A stretch of 32,000 nucleotides of DNA from Geobacter metallireducens GS-15 (GTDB taxonomy: Bacteria > Desulfobacterota > Desulfuromonadia > Geobacterales > Geobacteraceae): NCBI RefSeq assembly GCF_000012925.1, contig NC_007517.1:600001-632000 (forward strand), read 5' to 3'. This document shows positions 22,493 to 30,814 of this stretch, piece after piece. The position numbers were made by a program, and so were the translations under genes. Every line of letters begins with the position of its first letter. The first letter of the stretch is position 1. A model generated the notes under the pieces. That model searched no databases. It saw only the letters and a program-made list of their open reading frames with translations, and was not told the DNA's origin.

Positions 22493-22605
22493 TTCATTAA
22501 AAACCGGTCGATGCATCATCTCGTGCCGCTTGCTGAGAGGAATCGCCATCTCGTGGCAGGAAAGACGAAGCAACGACATGCATCTGGAGTCGGTGGAGGC
22601 ATGAT

Positions 22606-25600
22606 ATGAAGTCGATGATAGCGGCAACAGCCGCTGTGCTTTCTGTGGTGTTTCTGGCGGTAACGGGTGCCAGTGCCTCCATTCAGTGCTATGACTGCCA
22701 TGGCACAACTGCAACTGCGGACATCCGCCCCAACGATACCGCATACCGCAATATCACTACCGGTGCCTTCAAGGGGAGCCACCAGACCCACATGGCACCG
22801 GGCGCGACGGTCACAAGCTGCACCCCCTGCCACGGGGGGAGGGTCACGAGCTACACCACGAGCCACCGCGAGGGCTTCATCAACCTCACGAGCAACGTCA
22901 ACGGTTCACCGGCCACAGGGGTTTACAGCCGCGGCACCCTCTTTGCGCAGAGCTCGGATCCAACCCTCGGGACCTGCTCCAATGTCAACTGCCACTTCGA
23001 GACGGTTACCCCCACTTGGGCCTTAACCCCGCTCTCAGCCCCGGCCGACTGCAACAAATGCCACGGCGCAGCCCCTGCCGACGGGAGCCATCCCGCCACA
23101 TCGGGCAGTGGCAAGAAGCATGGCGACTACTACGGCCTCACCACCAGTTCCTGCGCCAGGTGCCACCCCGACCATACCCTTGAGGCGCGGCCCTTCGACC
23201 ATGCCACCAGCGCCGGCAACCGCGGACTCATCGTGCAATTCACGACGGCGCCCAACAACGGTTTCGGCCGTTATACCGGCAACGTGAGGTACCCCAACTA
23301 TCTGCCGAGCCAGAACCCGTCCCGCAACGGCACCTGCAGAAACCTTTACTGCCACAGCCCCGGCAACAAGGCGAGCAGCTTCGATCTTCCCAACAACAGC
23401 GCCACCTGGGGCGGTTCTCTCAGCTGCAAGGGGTGCCACAAAGCGGATATCGCTTCAGGCGATGCCATTACGAGCGGCAGCCACCAGGGCCACGTCAACG
23501 GCCAAGGCATCGGCTATACCCAGATCAAGTGCGTCAAGTGCCATGGGGCCACCGTCAACTCCAGCATGACGATCGTCAATACCGGCAACCATGTGAACGG
23601 ACAGGTAACGATCGCCTTCGACAACACCTCTTCTGCCGCCGGCGGCACCTATAACGGCCAGCCTGCCAAGCCGGCAACCCCGTCCACCAAGGCCCCCGGC
23701 TCCACCTACGGCAGCTGCCAGAACGTCTACTGCCACTCCACCGGCCAGACCGATGGCGGCACCTGGCCTCCCCTCTACACCACTCCCACCTGGGGGAGCG
23801 GCGCCACCGGCAAATGCGGCACCTGCCACGGCACCACCGGCAGCGACACCCACGGCGGCTTTCCCGGCACCATGATCCAGCGGAGGATCTCCTCCGGCAG
23901 TCACAAGAAGCACCTGAGCCGGGTCTACGGCCTGACCGATCTGGACATGAGGTGCGCCATCTGCCACGCCTACGACAAGACCGCCTTCACCAGCAACCTC
24001 ACCACCTGCGGCCCGGTCTGCCATGTCGCCAGCATGCCGCAGAAGCACGCCAACTACGAGATCAACGTCAACATCGCCAACTACTTCGGCGCCACCGCCA
24101 CCTACAACGGCTCCACCACGCCGGGGGCGGGCTACAGCAGCTGCTCCAGCGTCTACTGCCACTCCGACGGCAAGGCAACCCCCACGACCTATGCCACCCC
24201 CACCTGGGGCAACGCCGCCAGCGGCGCCTGCGGCACCTGCCACGGCGTCACCGCCGCTGCGCCGCCGGCCTCAACCCCCCACACGAAACACGTGGGGAGC
24301 GCCTATCCCTACCGCTTTGCCTGCGCCGAATGCCACAGCGGCAAAGTTCAGGTGACCGCCAACGCCACCATCGCCCCGGCCTTCGCCAACTCAACCAGCC
24401 ACGTGAACAAGACGCGGGACGTGAAGTTCGACCCCACCAACCCCTTCGGGACCTACTCCTCGGCCGCCACCACGTGCCGCAACCTCTACTGCCATTCCAC
24501 CGGCAACACCAGTGTTGCTGCGGCCAACCTCCCCGGAGTCTACGGCGGGAGCGTCTACGCGCGGCAGGGGTGGACAGGAAGCGTCACCTGCACCTCGTGC
24601 CACGGCCGCTCCACCACCAACGGCATGCCCGACTACACCAACGCCGGCGCGCCGGGATCGGCCACGGCCAACAGCCATCCGAAGCATGTCACGAGCAGCA
24701 CCATCGCCTGTAACGAGTGCCACGAGAAGACCACCAAGAACAACACGAGCATCCGCCCGACTACGCCGAGCTACCACGTTGCGGGCACTCCCAGCGTCTT
24801 CTTCAACCTCTCCGGCGCCAACAAGAACGGGACGTACAACGGCACCGTGGGGCAGAAGACCTGCACCAACATCTACTGTCACAGCAACGGGTCCGGGACC
24901 TACCAGTCTCCCGCCCCGCAGTGGGGTAACAGTTACAACTGCGGCTCCTGCCATCCCATCGCCAGTCTCAGTGCCACCCACGCCAAGCATATCGATGTAA
25001 CGGTGACGCCGACCTTCTACACCTTTACGGCCAACCGCTCATCGGGCGACGATACGACCGGCAAGTACTACTTCGGCTGCTCCAACTGCCATCCCCTGGA
25101 CGCCGTCAATCACGCCAACGGCAGCATCACCCTGGATTTGCGTCCTGCCGTCGGCGGTGTGAGCACGCTCCGTTCGAAAAACAGTGCCGCCATAACCGCT
25201 TTCGGCACCGCCGGAACAGCCAACAGCGGCACGATCGGCACCAGCAAATCCTCGGTCAAGTGCCTGAATATCTACTGCCACAGTAACGGCTATGCAGCGA
25301 ACCCTGTCTACGCCACAACACCGGACTGGTACGGCGGGAGCTTTACCGACCGGTGCGCCAGCTGCCACGGCAACTCCCCCAACAGCACCATCAACGGCTC
25401 GCCGGCCCACTACAACACCAATTTTGTCGGCACGGGGGTCAGCAACGGCCATGTGGTGGGGATCCATTCCGACGACATCTTTACCGGAACAAGCGGTCTC
25501 GCCACCGCCGGAACCGGCGCCACCAACAGCCACGGCAACAGCGCATACTCGACCACCATCAACTGCAACGTCTGCCACAACCTGACGGTCACCAGCGCCC

Positions 25601-25989
25601 GGAACGATTCGAACGTAGTCTGCAAGACCTGCCACTACAGCGGCAATACCGTCGGCGCCCTTGTCGGCAACAGCGCCGCCATCGCCAACAAGGCTCTCCA
25701 TGTGAGCGGGCAGGTGAATGTCTCCTTCGCGGCAGTCGCCGTAAAATCGAAGGCCGAGGTGAGGACCGCCAGCGCGGTCGTGCAGCCCTACAAGACCACC
25801 TGGAACCGGGTCGGAACCTACAAGAGCTCCGGCTCGTACGATCAGGCCGCCAATGCGCTCAACACGGCCTCCATGTGGAACGGGGCCACCAAGACCTGTT
25901 CGAACATCGCCTGTCACAACGGGCAGCCTGTCACCTGGACTTCCACCGGTGGCGCCACCGGTTGCCAGAGTTGCCACCCGGCTTTGTAG
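22606..25989 (+). CDS. multihaem c-type cytochrome (1127 aa), paralogue of the N-terminal two-fifths of the 13780 gene
   Basis: GGAGGCATGATATGAAG start context is identical to that at 13780. Signal peptide is MKSMIAATAAVLSVVFLAVTGASAS. By eye there are 18 CXXCH, 8 CX4CH and one CX3CH (CGPVCH). The first ~760 aa align residue for residue with the 13780 protein, and most positions are identical. Confidence 0.9.
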   Translation: MKSMIAATAAVLSVVFLAVTGASASIQCYDCHGTTATADIRPNDTAYRNITTGAFKGSHQTHMAPGATVTSCTPCHGGRVTSYTTSHREGFINLTSNVNGSPATGVYSRGTLFAQSSDPTLGTCSNVNCHFETVTPTWALTPLSAPADCNKCHGAAPADGSHPATSGSGKKHGDYYGLTTSSCARCHPDHTLEARPFDHATSAGNRGLIVQFTTAPNNGFGRYTGNVRYPNYLPSQNPSRNGTCRNLYCHSPGNKASSFDLPNNSATWGGSLSCKGCHKADIASGDAITSGSHQGHVNGQGIGYTQIKCVKCHGATVNSSMTIVNTGNHVNGQVTIAFDNTSSAAGGTYNGQPAKPATPSTKAPGSTYGSCQNVYCHSTGQTDGGTWPPLYTTPTWGSGATGKCGTCHGTTGSDTHGGFPGTMIQRRISSGSHKKHLSRVYGLTDLDMRCAICHAYDKTAFTSNLTTCGPVCHVASMPQKHANYEINVNIANYFGATATYNGSTTPGAGYSSCSSVYCHSDGKATPTTYATPTWGNAASGACGTCHGVTAAAPPASTPHTKHVGSAYPYRFACAECHSGKVQVTANATIAPAFANSTSHVNKTRDVKFDPTNPFGTYSSAATTCRNLYCHSTGNTSVAAANLPGVYGGSVYARQGWTGSVTCTSCHGRSTTNGMPDYTNAGAPGSATANSHPKHVTSSTIACNECHEKTTKNNTSIRPTTPSYHVAGTPSVFFNLSGANKNGTYNGTVGQKTCTNIYCHSNGSGTYQSPAPQWGNSYNCGSCHPIASLSATHAKHIDVTVTPTFYTFTANRSSGDDTTGKYYFGCSNCHPLDAVNHANGSITLDLRPAVGGVSTLRSKNSAAITAFGTAGTANSGTIGTSKSSVKCLNIYCHSNGYAANPVYATTPDWYGGSFTDRCASCHGNSPNSTINGSPAHYNTNFVGTGVSNGHVVGIHSDDIFTGTSGLATAGTGATNSHGNSAYSTTINCNVCHNLTVTSARNDSNVVCKTCHYSGNTVGALVGNSAAIANKALHVSGQVNVSFAAVAVKSKAEVRTASAVVQPYKTTWNRVGTYKSSGSYDQAANALNTASMWNGATKTCSNIACHNGQPVTWTSTGGATGCQSCHPAL

Positions 25990-26017
25990 TTGACGCATAA
26001 AACGAATGAATGATAAT
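25990..26017 (+). promoter_or_regulatory. candidate sigma-70-type promoter in the AT-rich spacer
   Basis: TTGACG (25990-25995), a 16-nt spacer, then GATAAT (26012-26017). It lies about 40 nt upstream of ATG 26056, which has an AAGGAG RBS at 26043-26048. Confidence 0.35.
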
Positions 26018-26055
26018 TATTTTCGACTGTTGAAGCAGATACAAGGAGTCGACAG

Positions 26056-29000
26056 ATGCATGCACTCAAGCCAAGGGGCAGTACCCGCAATGGGTGGTGG
26101 GGAAAAGTAATTCTCGTTGTCGCACTCCTGTTGGGCGCGGGTTTTGTTCTGTTCCATCATGGGGGGAGGCTGTCTCTTGCCGCTACATCGGGTCCGAATG
26201 CTGTTGCGACCGGAACGACATCCGGCTGGACGGGTGCGACGAACATTTACACACAGAACAGCACCTATGCGACCTACGCCGGATCCTCCAGCACGGCATA
26301 CCTGCTTGGTACCAATTACGGTTTTGCCATCCCGACCGGATCGACGATCAATGGCATTACTGTCGATATCTGGGGGTTCAACAGCAACACGACTACCGCT
26401 AACCGCATGATCAAGATTTCGCTCACCAAGACCGGCAACTCCACGGTGGCGGGTACCACGAAGACAGGCGTCACGCTTCCGACCGCCAACGGCCAGGTGA
26501 CCCAGGGGGGCGCCGCCGACCTCTGGGGAACCACTTGGACGGCCGCTGATGTCAACAGTGCGAACTTTGGCGTCATCATCGCAGACAATGATACGACTAT
26601 CGGCGGCACGCTCAGTATTGACTACGTGCGGGTCACCGTCACCTACACCCCGCCGACGACGCTCGGCAACGGTGCCACCGGCACGAACGCCACCGTCTGC
26701 CCCGGTGATGCCTTGCAGAAACTCGACGGTTTCTCTTTCACGACCGCCACCGGGACCGACAGTATTACCGCCCTCACCGTCACGACCACCAACGGCACTG
26801 CCATCGCCGGCATGTCGATCTGGGACGAGGCGGGGACTACCCAGTATTTCACCACCGTGAACAACCCGGGAACCAACACCTGGAGTTTCAGCGGCGGTAC
26901 GCCGATCCCCGTTGACACGACCGTCAAGAACTACAAGGTTCTGGTAACGTACAAGGATCACCCCACCGCTCCGGCGGGTTCAACCGCCACCACGGCCGCC
27001 GTCACCGCCTTCACCCCTTCGACCGGGGTGGCGGCCGGCACGGATACGGCGGACACGACACTCACCCTCGACAATGTCCCCGGCACTGCAGCCGTGTGGG
27101 GGACAAACACCGGCGGCGTCGCATCGGTGACCCTCAACTGGACCCTCGGCGCTGCAGGAGAGAACGTGGTAATAGTCCGGTATGGGGCGAACACCGACAC
27201 CACCATGCCCGTTGATGGCACTTCCTATACCGTGGGCTCTTCGTTCGGGACCGGCGGGACGGTAGCCTACGCCGGATCGGGTGTTACCGCCACCGACACT
27301 GTCCAGGCCGGGACGTATTACTACCGCATCTTCGAATACGATGGCTGCTTCAACTATGCGGCCACCGCCCCATGGTCCACCGCCGTCACGGCCACACCGC
27401 AGAACAAGACGGTCGCCGGCTCCGCCTCCGCCATGTGGGCATCCCCCACCAGCATTTCGGTCATGGTCGGCTATACGAATGACGACAACAGCAACAACAA
27501 CATCACCATCGAGTACAGCAGCGTTTCCGCGTCCACCGGTTTCGTCACGGCGGTGACCACGCCGACCCACCCGGCCGTCCCCTACCAGTACACCATAGCC
27601 GGCCTAACCACCGGCAGCACCTATTGGGTCAGGGTCACCTGGAACGACGTGGATGGTGTGCTCGGCACGAGCCCCACGGTGCTTCCCTCCATCGTCCTCA
27701 CCCAGTACAGTCCGCTCCTGCACAACAGTGCCATCCTCGGATCGAACAAATGGCCGAGCGGCTGGGGGGTGACCGGCGGCAAGTACGGCGCCTTTTCCTG
27801 CACCACCTGCCACACCATGAAGTCGGCCAACATCAAGCGGGTCCGAACCTCCATAACCGCTCCCTTCGGCAACTGGAGTTCCTCCGGTACCCCGAGCGTC
27901 TCCGTCAGCTTCACGAACCTCACGAGCATGGGGCATGACGACGACAATCACACCACTTCCAACCGGGTATGCGAGGTCTGCCACAACAGGAACAAGTACC
28001 ACAACTACAACACCACCAAGAACACCGGCGGAAAGAGCCACAACAACGGCATTGACTGCGTCGGCTGCCATTCTCATAATATTGCCTTCAAAGGGGAGGA
28101 ATCCAAGGGGGGCAAAGCCTGCACCAACTGCCACAACAGCGGCAAGTTCGCCTCTGCCCTCAAGGGATCGAACGGGTACCACCACTATCTGCAGAACACC
28201 GACAGCATCACGTACGGCACCATCGCGCAGCCCGCCCTGACGGGAGGGGCCACCGACACCAACCGCAGCTGTCTCATGTGCCACGTGGACCACGACATCT
28301 TCCGCCCCGACATCAACCTGAACGCCGGCAGCGGTCGGGCCAAGAACCTCCGCGCCGACATATCGACGACCCCGACCGCCGCCGATACGACCAGTTACGC
28401 CAACACCGACTTCATTCCCGATGCCACGAAGAACGGCGGTATCTGCATCTCCTGCCACCGGACTGCGCAGACGAACCTCGGCTACACCCAGCCGGACGGC
28501 TCCCAGAGAAAGCCGGCGATCCCCTATCCTGATACCGTTCAGAATCAGATCTTCGTCTACATGAGCTCGGCCCACAACTACACGGTAAGCTCCACCTTCT
28601 CCGGAACCGGCACCAACTCATTTGTCGCCAACTGCTCGAAGTGCCACAACGACACTCTGAACCCGAAATCCGGCTACAATGCCCAGGGGACCTCACGGAT
28701 CAAGTTCGGCAACCATACCAGCTCTATCCCCCAGATGCTGACCACCTTCGGCGCCCCGGTCACCTCGTCCCAGAAGGCCGATTACTGCTTCAAGTGCCAC
28801 GGCAACGTGGCCCCCTTCAGCACGACGACCCCGAACATCAACGTGTATCTGTCAACGCCGCGGTACGATTGGTACAGCACTTCGCTCATGACCGCCCGGA
28901 CCAAGAACATCGCCGCCGACTTCAACGACGCGGCCCTGACCCACAAACACCAGGTCCAGCTTGCCGCCTATGTTGACAAACACCATGCCGGCGAGACCAG

Positions 29001-29910
29001 GGCCGAGCTCTCCGCCAACAAGCACGTCACCTGCGACGACTGCCACAACCACCATGGTTCCAAGAAGGGGCTTCATATCCAGGCCGGTCCCCGCAATCTC
29101 TCGCCCGCCCTGAAAGGGGCCATGGGGGTCACCCCCCCCACCTGGAACGCGTGGTCCACGGCCCGGGCCGCCGGCACCACGGTAGTCTGGCCGGATGCCC
29201 TGGTCCCGGCCTCGGAGGAGTGGCAGATCTGCTTCAAGTGCCACAGCAGCTACAACACCAACCAGGCCGGGTGGGTCGGCACCAATTACGGCGGCGCCGA
29301 CCTGGCGATCCAGCTGAACCCCACCTACAAGTCGGGCCATGCCATCATCGGCAACTCCCGGGTGCCGGCGGATTCGCCGTCCAACTTCGCCGCCGGGACC
29401 CCCTGGAACAAGAACAGCATCATGACCTGCACCGATTGCCACGTGAACAGCAACACCGGTGCGAACGACCCGAAGGGAGGGCATGCCTCCGCGAACCCCT
29501 ACATGCTCCGGGGGAACTACCAGCCGACCCTGGCCTCGACGGTCGACATGGCCAACCATGGCCCGGCCGAGATGTGCGGCCTCTGCCACAATCCGTTGTC
29601 GTACGGCATTTCTTCCGCGGACCCCACTGGCACCCAGGGTTCCAGCGGTTACAGTTCCGGCACCAATAACCTGCACCTGGAGCACGCTTTCCGGCAGGGG
29701 ATCAGCGGGTACAAGTGCTCCATGTGCCATGCGGCCAATATCCACGGTTCTCCCCGACAGTCGATGTTCGTCCTTAAAACGGACCCGGCGCCGTACATGG
29801 TCGGCTCGGACCATGTGGGCAGCTTTACCCGCAAGGCGAACAAGACCTACAACGGCTCCGAATGCAAGGGTGGGATCGGAGCCTGCAGTGCTGGCATTCA
29901 CACCCCCTGA
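26056..29910 (+). CDS. membrane-anchored beta-sandwich/FN3-like stalk protein with C-terminal 13-haem cytochrome c domain (1284 aa)
   Basis: N-terminal TM/signal anchor (WWGKVILVVALLLGAGFVLF). About 560 aa are Thr/Gly/Ser-rich and Cys-poor, including FN3-like segments (VTLNWTLG...YYYRIFEYD; ITIEYSS...YQYTIAGLTTGSTYWVRVTW). Then 13 CXXCH motifs by eye. The C-terminal haem region aligns with the C-terminal part of the 13780 protein. Confidence 0.9.
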   Translation: MHALKPRGSTRNGWWGKVILVVALLLGAGFVLFHHGGRLSLAATSGPNAVATGTTSGWTGATNIYTQNSTYATYAGSSSTAYLLGTNYGFAIPTGSTINGITVDIWGFNSNTTTANRMIKISLTKTGNSTVAGTTKTGVTLPTANGQVTQGGAADLWGTTWTAADVNSANFGVIIADNDTTIGGTLSIDYVRVTVTYTPPTTLGNGATGTNATVCPGDALQKLDGFSFTTATGTDSITALTVTTTNGTAIAGMSIWDEAGTTQYFTTVNNPGTNTWSFSGGTPIPVDTTVKNYKVLVTYKDHPTAPAGSTATTAAVTAFTPSTGVAAGTDTADTTLTLDNVPGTAAVWGTNTGGVASVTLNWTLGAAGENVVIVRYGANTDTTMPVDGTSYTVGSSFGTGGTVAYAGSGVTATDTVQAGTYYYRIFEYDGCFNYAATAPWSTAVTATPQNKTVAGSASAMWASPTSISVMVGYTNDDNSNNNITIEYSSVSASTGFVTAVTTPTHPAVPYQYTIAGLTTGSTYWVRVTWNDVDGVLGTSPTVLPSIVLTQYSPLLHNSAILGSNKWPSGWGVTGGKYGAFSCTTCHTMKSANIKRVRTSITAPFGNWSSSGTPSVSVSFTNLTSMGHDDDNHTTSNRVCEVCHNRNKYHNYNTTKNTGGKSHNNGIDCVGCHSHNIAFKGEESKGGKACTNCHNSGKFASALKGSNGYHHYLQNTDSITYGTIAQPALTGGATDTNRSCLMCHVDHDIFRPDINLNAGSGRAKNLRADISTTPTAADTTSYANTDFIPDATKNGGICISCHRTAQTNLGYTQPDGSQRKPAIPYPDTVQNQIFVYMSSAHNYTVSSTFSGTGTNSFVANCSKCHNDTLNPKSGYNAQGTSRIKFGNHTSSIPQMLTTFGAPVTSSQKADYCFKCHGNVAPFSTTTPNINVYLSTPRYDWYSTSLMTARTKNIAADFNDAALTHKHQVQLAAYVDKHHAGETRAELSANKHVTCDDCHNHHGSKKGLHIQAGPRNLSPALKGAMGVTPPTWNAWSTARAAGTTVVWPDALVPASEEWQICFKCHSSYNTNQAGWVGTNYGGADLAIQLNPTYKSGHAIIGNSRVPADSPSNFAAGTPWNKNSIMTCTDCHVNSNTGANDPKGGHASANPYMLRGNYQPTLASTVDMANHGPAEMCGLCHNPLSYGISSADPTGTQGSSGYSSGTNNLHLEHAFRQGISGYKCSMCHAANIHGSPRQSMFVLKTDPAPYMVGSDHVGSFTRKANKTYNGSECKGGIGACSAGIHTP

Positions 29911-29944
29911 TGCATCCGATGCCATATCGAAGAGGTAGGACTTG

Positions 29945-30733
29945 ATGAAGAAGACACTCTGCGCTATCGCCATGTTGTCATACTGTCTTGTCATGATGCC
30001 TGCGGCGGCATCAGCGGCCTGTACCGCCATCGACAAGGTTCCCTTTACGGTTCGGAAGCAGGGGGACTACTGTCTCACAAGAGACGTTTCACTGCACGAC
30101 GGGGCGGTCGGGATTCTCGTGGAAGCCGATCAGACCGTCATCGACCTGGGGGGGCACCGGCTTCAGGGGACGGGCGGCGAGGGGAGCTACGGCATCCGCT
30201 CTGAAAAGGGAGTAACACTCCGCAATGGGACCATCAGCGGCTTCAATATCGGCATCGCCGGCGGGTCCGGTTCGCTCATTGAGAACCTGTGGATCGAGAA
30301 GAGCACCCGGACGGGAATCTTGGTGAACGGCGCCGGGAGCGTTGTCCGCAACAACATCGTAACCGATGCACGCGCCGCTTTCGAGGCCTATGGCATCGTG
30401 GCGATGGGGGGTAAGAACCGTATCCTCGACAACAGGATCACGGAGATGAAGGGGGCTTCCGGCGGGCGGGGATTCGGGATTCGGGTCTATGCCGCCGGCG
30501 GGAACGTCATCGAAGGGAACCAGATCGGCAACGCTTCCTTCATCCCCAACACCTTCGGAATCGTCGTCTCCGGGGCGGAATCCCGTAACAACGCCCTGAA
30601 TGCCAACAGCATAACCAACGTGGAAAACGGCATCGTCTATGACCGCGGCGGAAGCGGCACCAACCGCGGCAACCGCACCACCGGTGTCCGCAACCGGTAC
30701 GTCGGCGGCACCGACGGGGGCGGGAACGATTAG
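29945..30733 (+). CDS. secreted right-handed beta-helix repeat protein (~262 aa)
   Basis: ATG 29945; the ORF track starts one codon earlier at TTG 29942. Signal peptide is MKKTLCAIAMLSYCLVMMPAAASA. Beta-helix coil repeats are present (LRNGTISGFNIGI, IENLWIEKSTRTGI, VRNNIVTDA, ILDNRITEM, IEGNQIGNA, LNANSITNVENGI). Confidence 0.8.
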   Translation: MKKTLCAIAMLSYCLVMMPAAASAACTAIDKVPFTVRKQGDYCLTRDVSLHDGAVGILVEADQTVIDLGGHRLQGTGGEGSYGIRSEKGVTLRNGTISGFNIGIAGGSGSLIENLWIEKSTRTGILVNGAGSVVRNNIVTDARAAFEAYGIVAMGGKNRILDNRITEMKGASGGRGFGIRVYAAGGNVIEGNQIGNASFIPNTFGIVVSGAESRNNALNANSITNVENGIVYDRGGSGTNRGNRTTGVRNRYVGGTDGGGND

Positions 30734-30759
30734 GCACATTGGCATATCGGCAGGACCGC

Positions 30760-30789
30760 AACCCGGTGAGGGTAACCTCTCCGGGTTTT
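30760..30789 (+). terminator. intrinsic terminator-like hairpin with T-tract
   Basis: AACCCGG-t-GAGG / GTAA loop / CCTC-t-CCGGGTT gives 11 bp with one T:T mismatch. It runs into TTTT (30786-30789) and starts 27 nt after stop 30731-30733. Confidence 0.55.
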
Positions 30790-30814
30790 CCCGTCGAAAG
30801 GAAACCCTGGTTCA

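Noticed and set aside
13780-29910. A porin-cytochrome (Pcc/Mtr-like) outer-membrane conduit cluster.
   Set aside because: No candidate beta-barrel porin gene is present, that is, no ORF with alternating-hydrophobic strand patterns or a C-terminal aromatic residue. The non-cytochrome partners here are ResB/CcsA, beta-helix proteins and lipoproteins.
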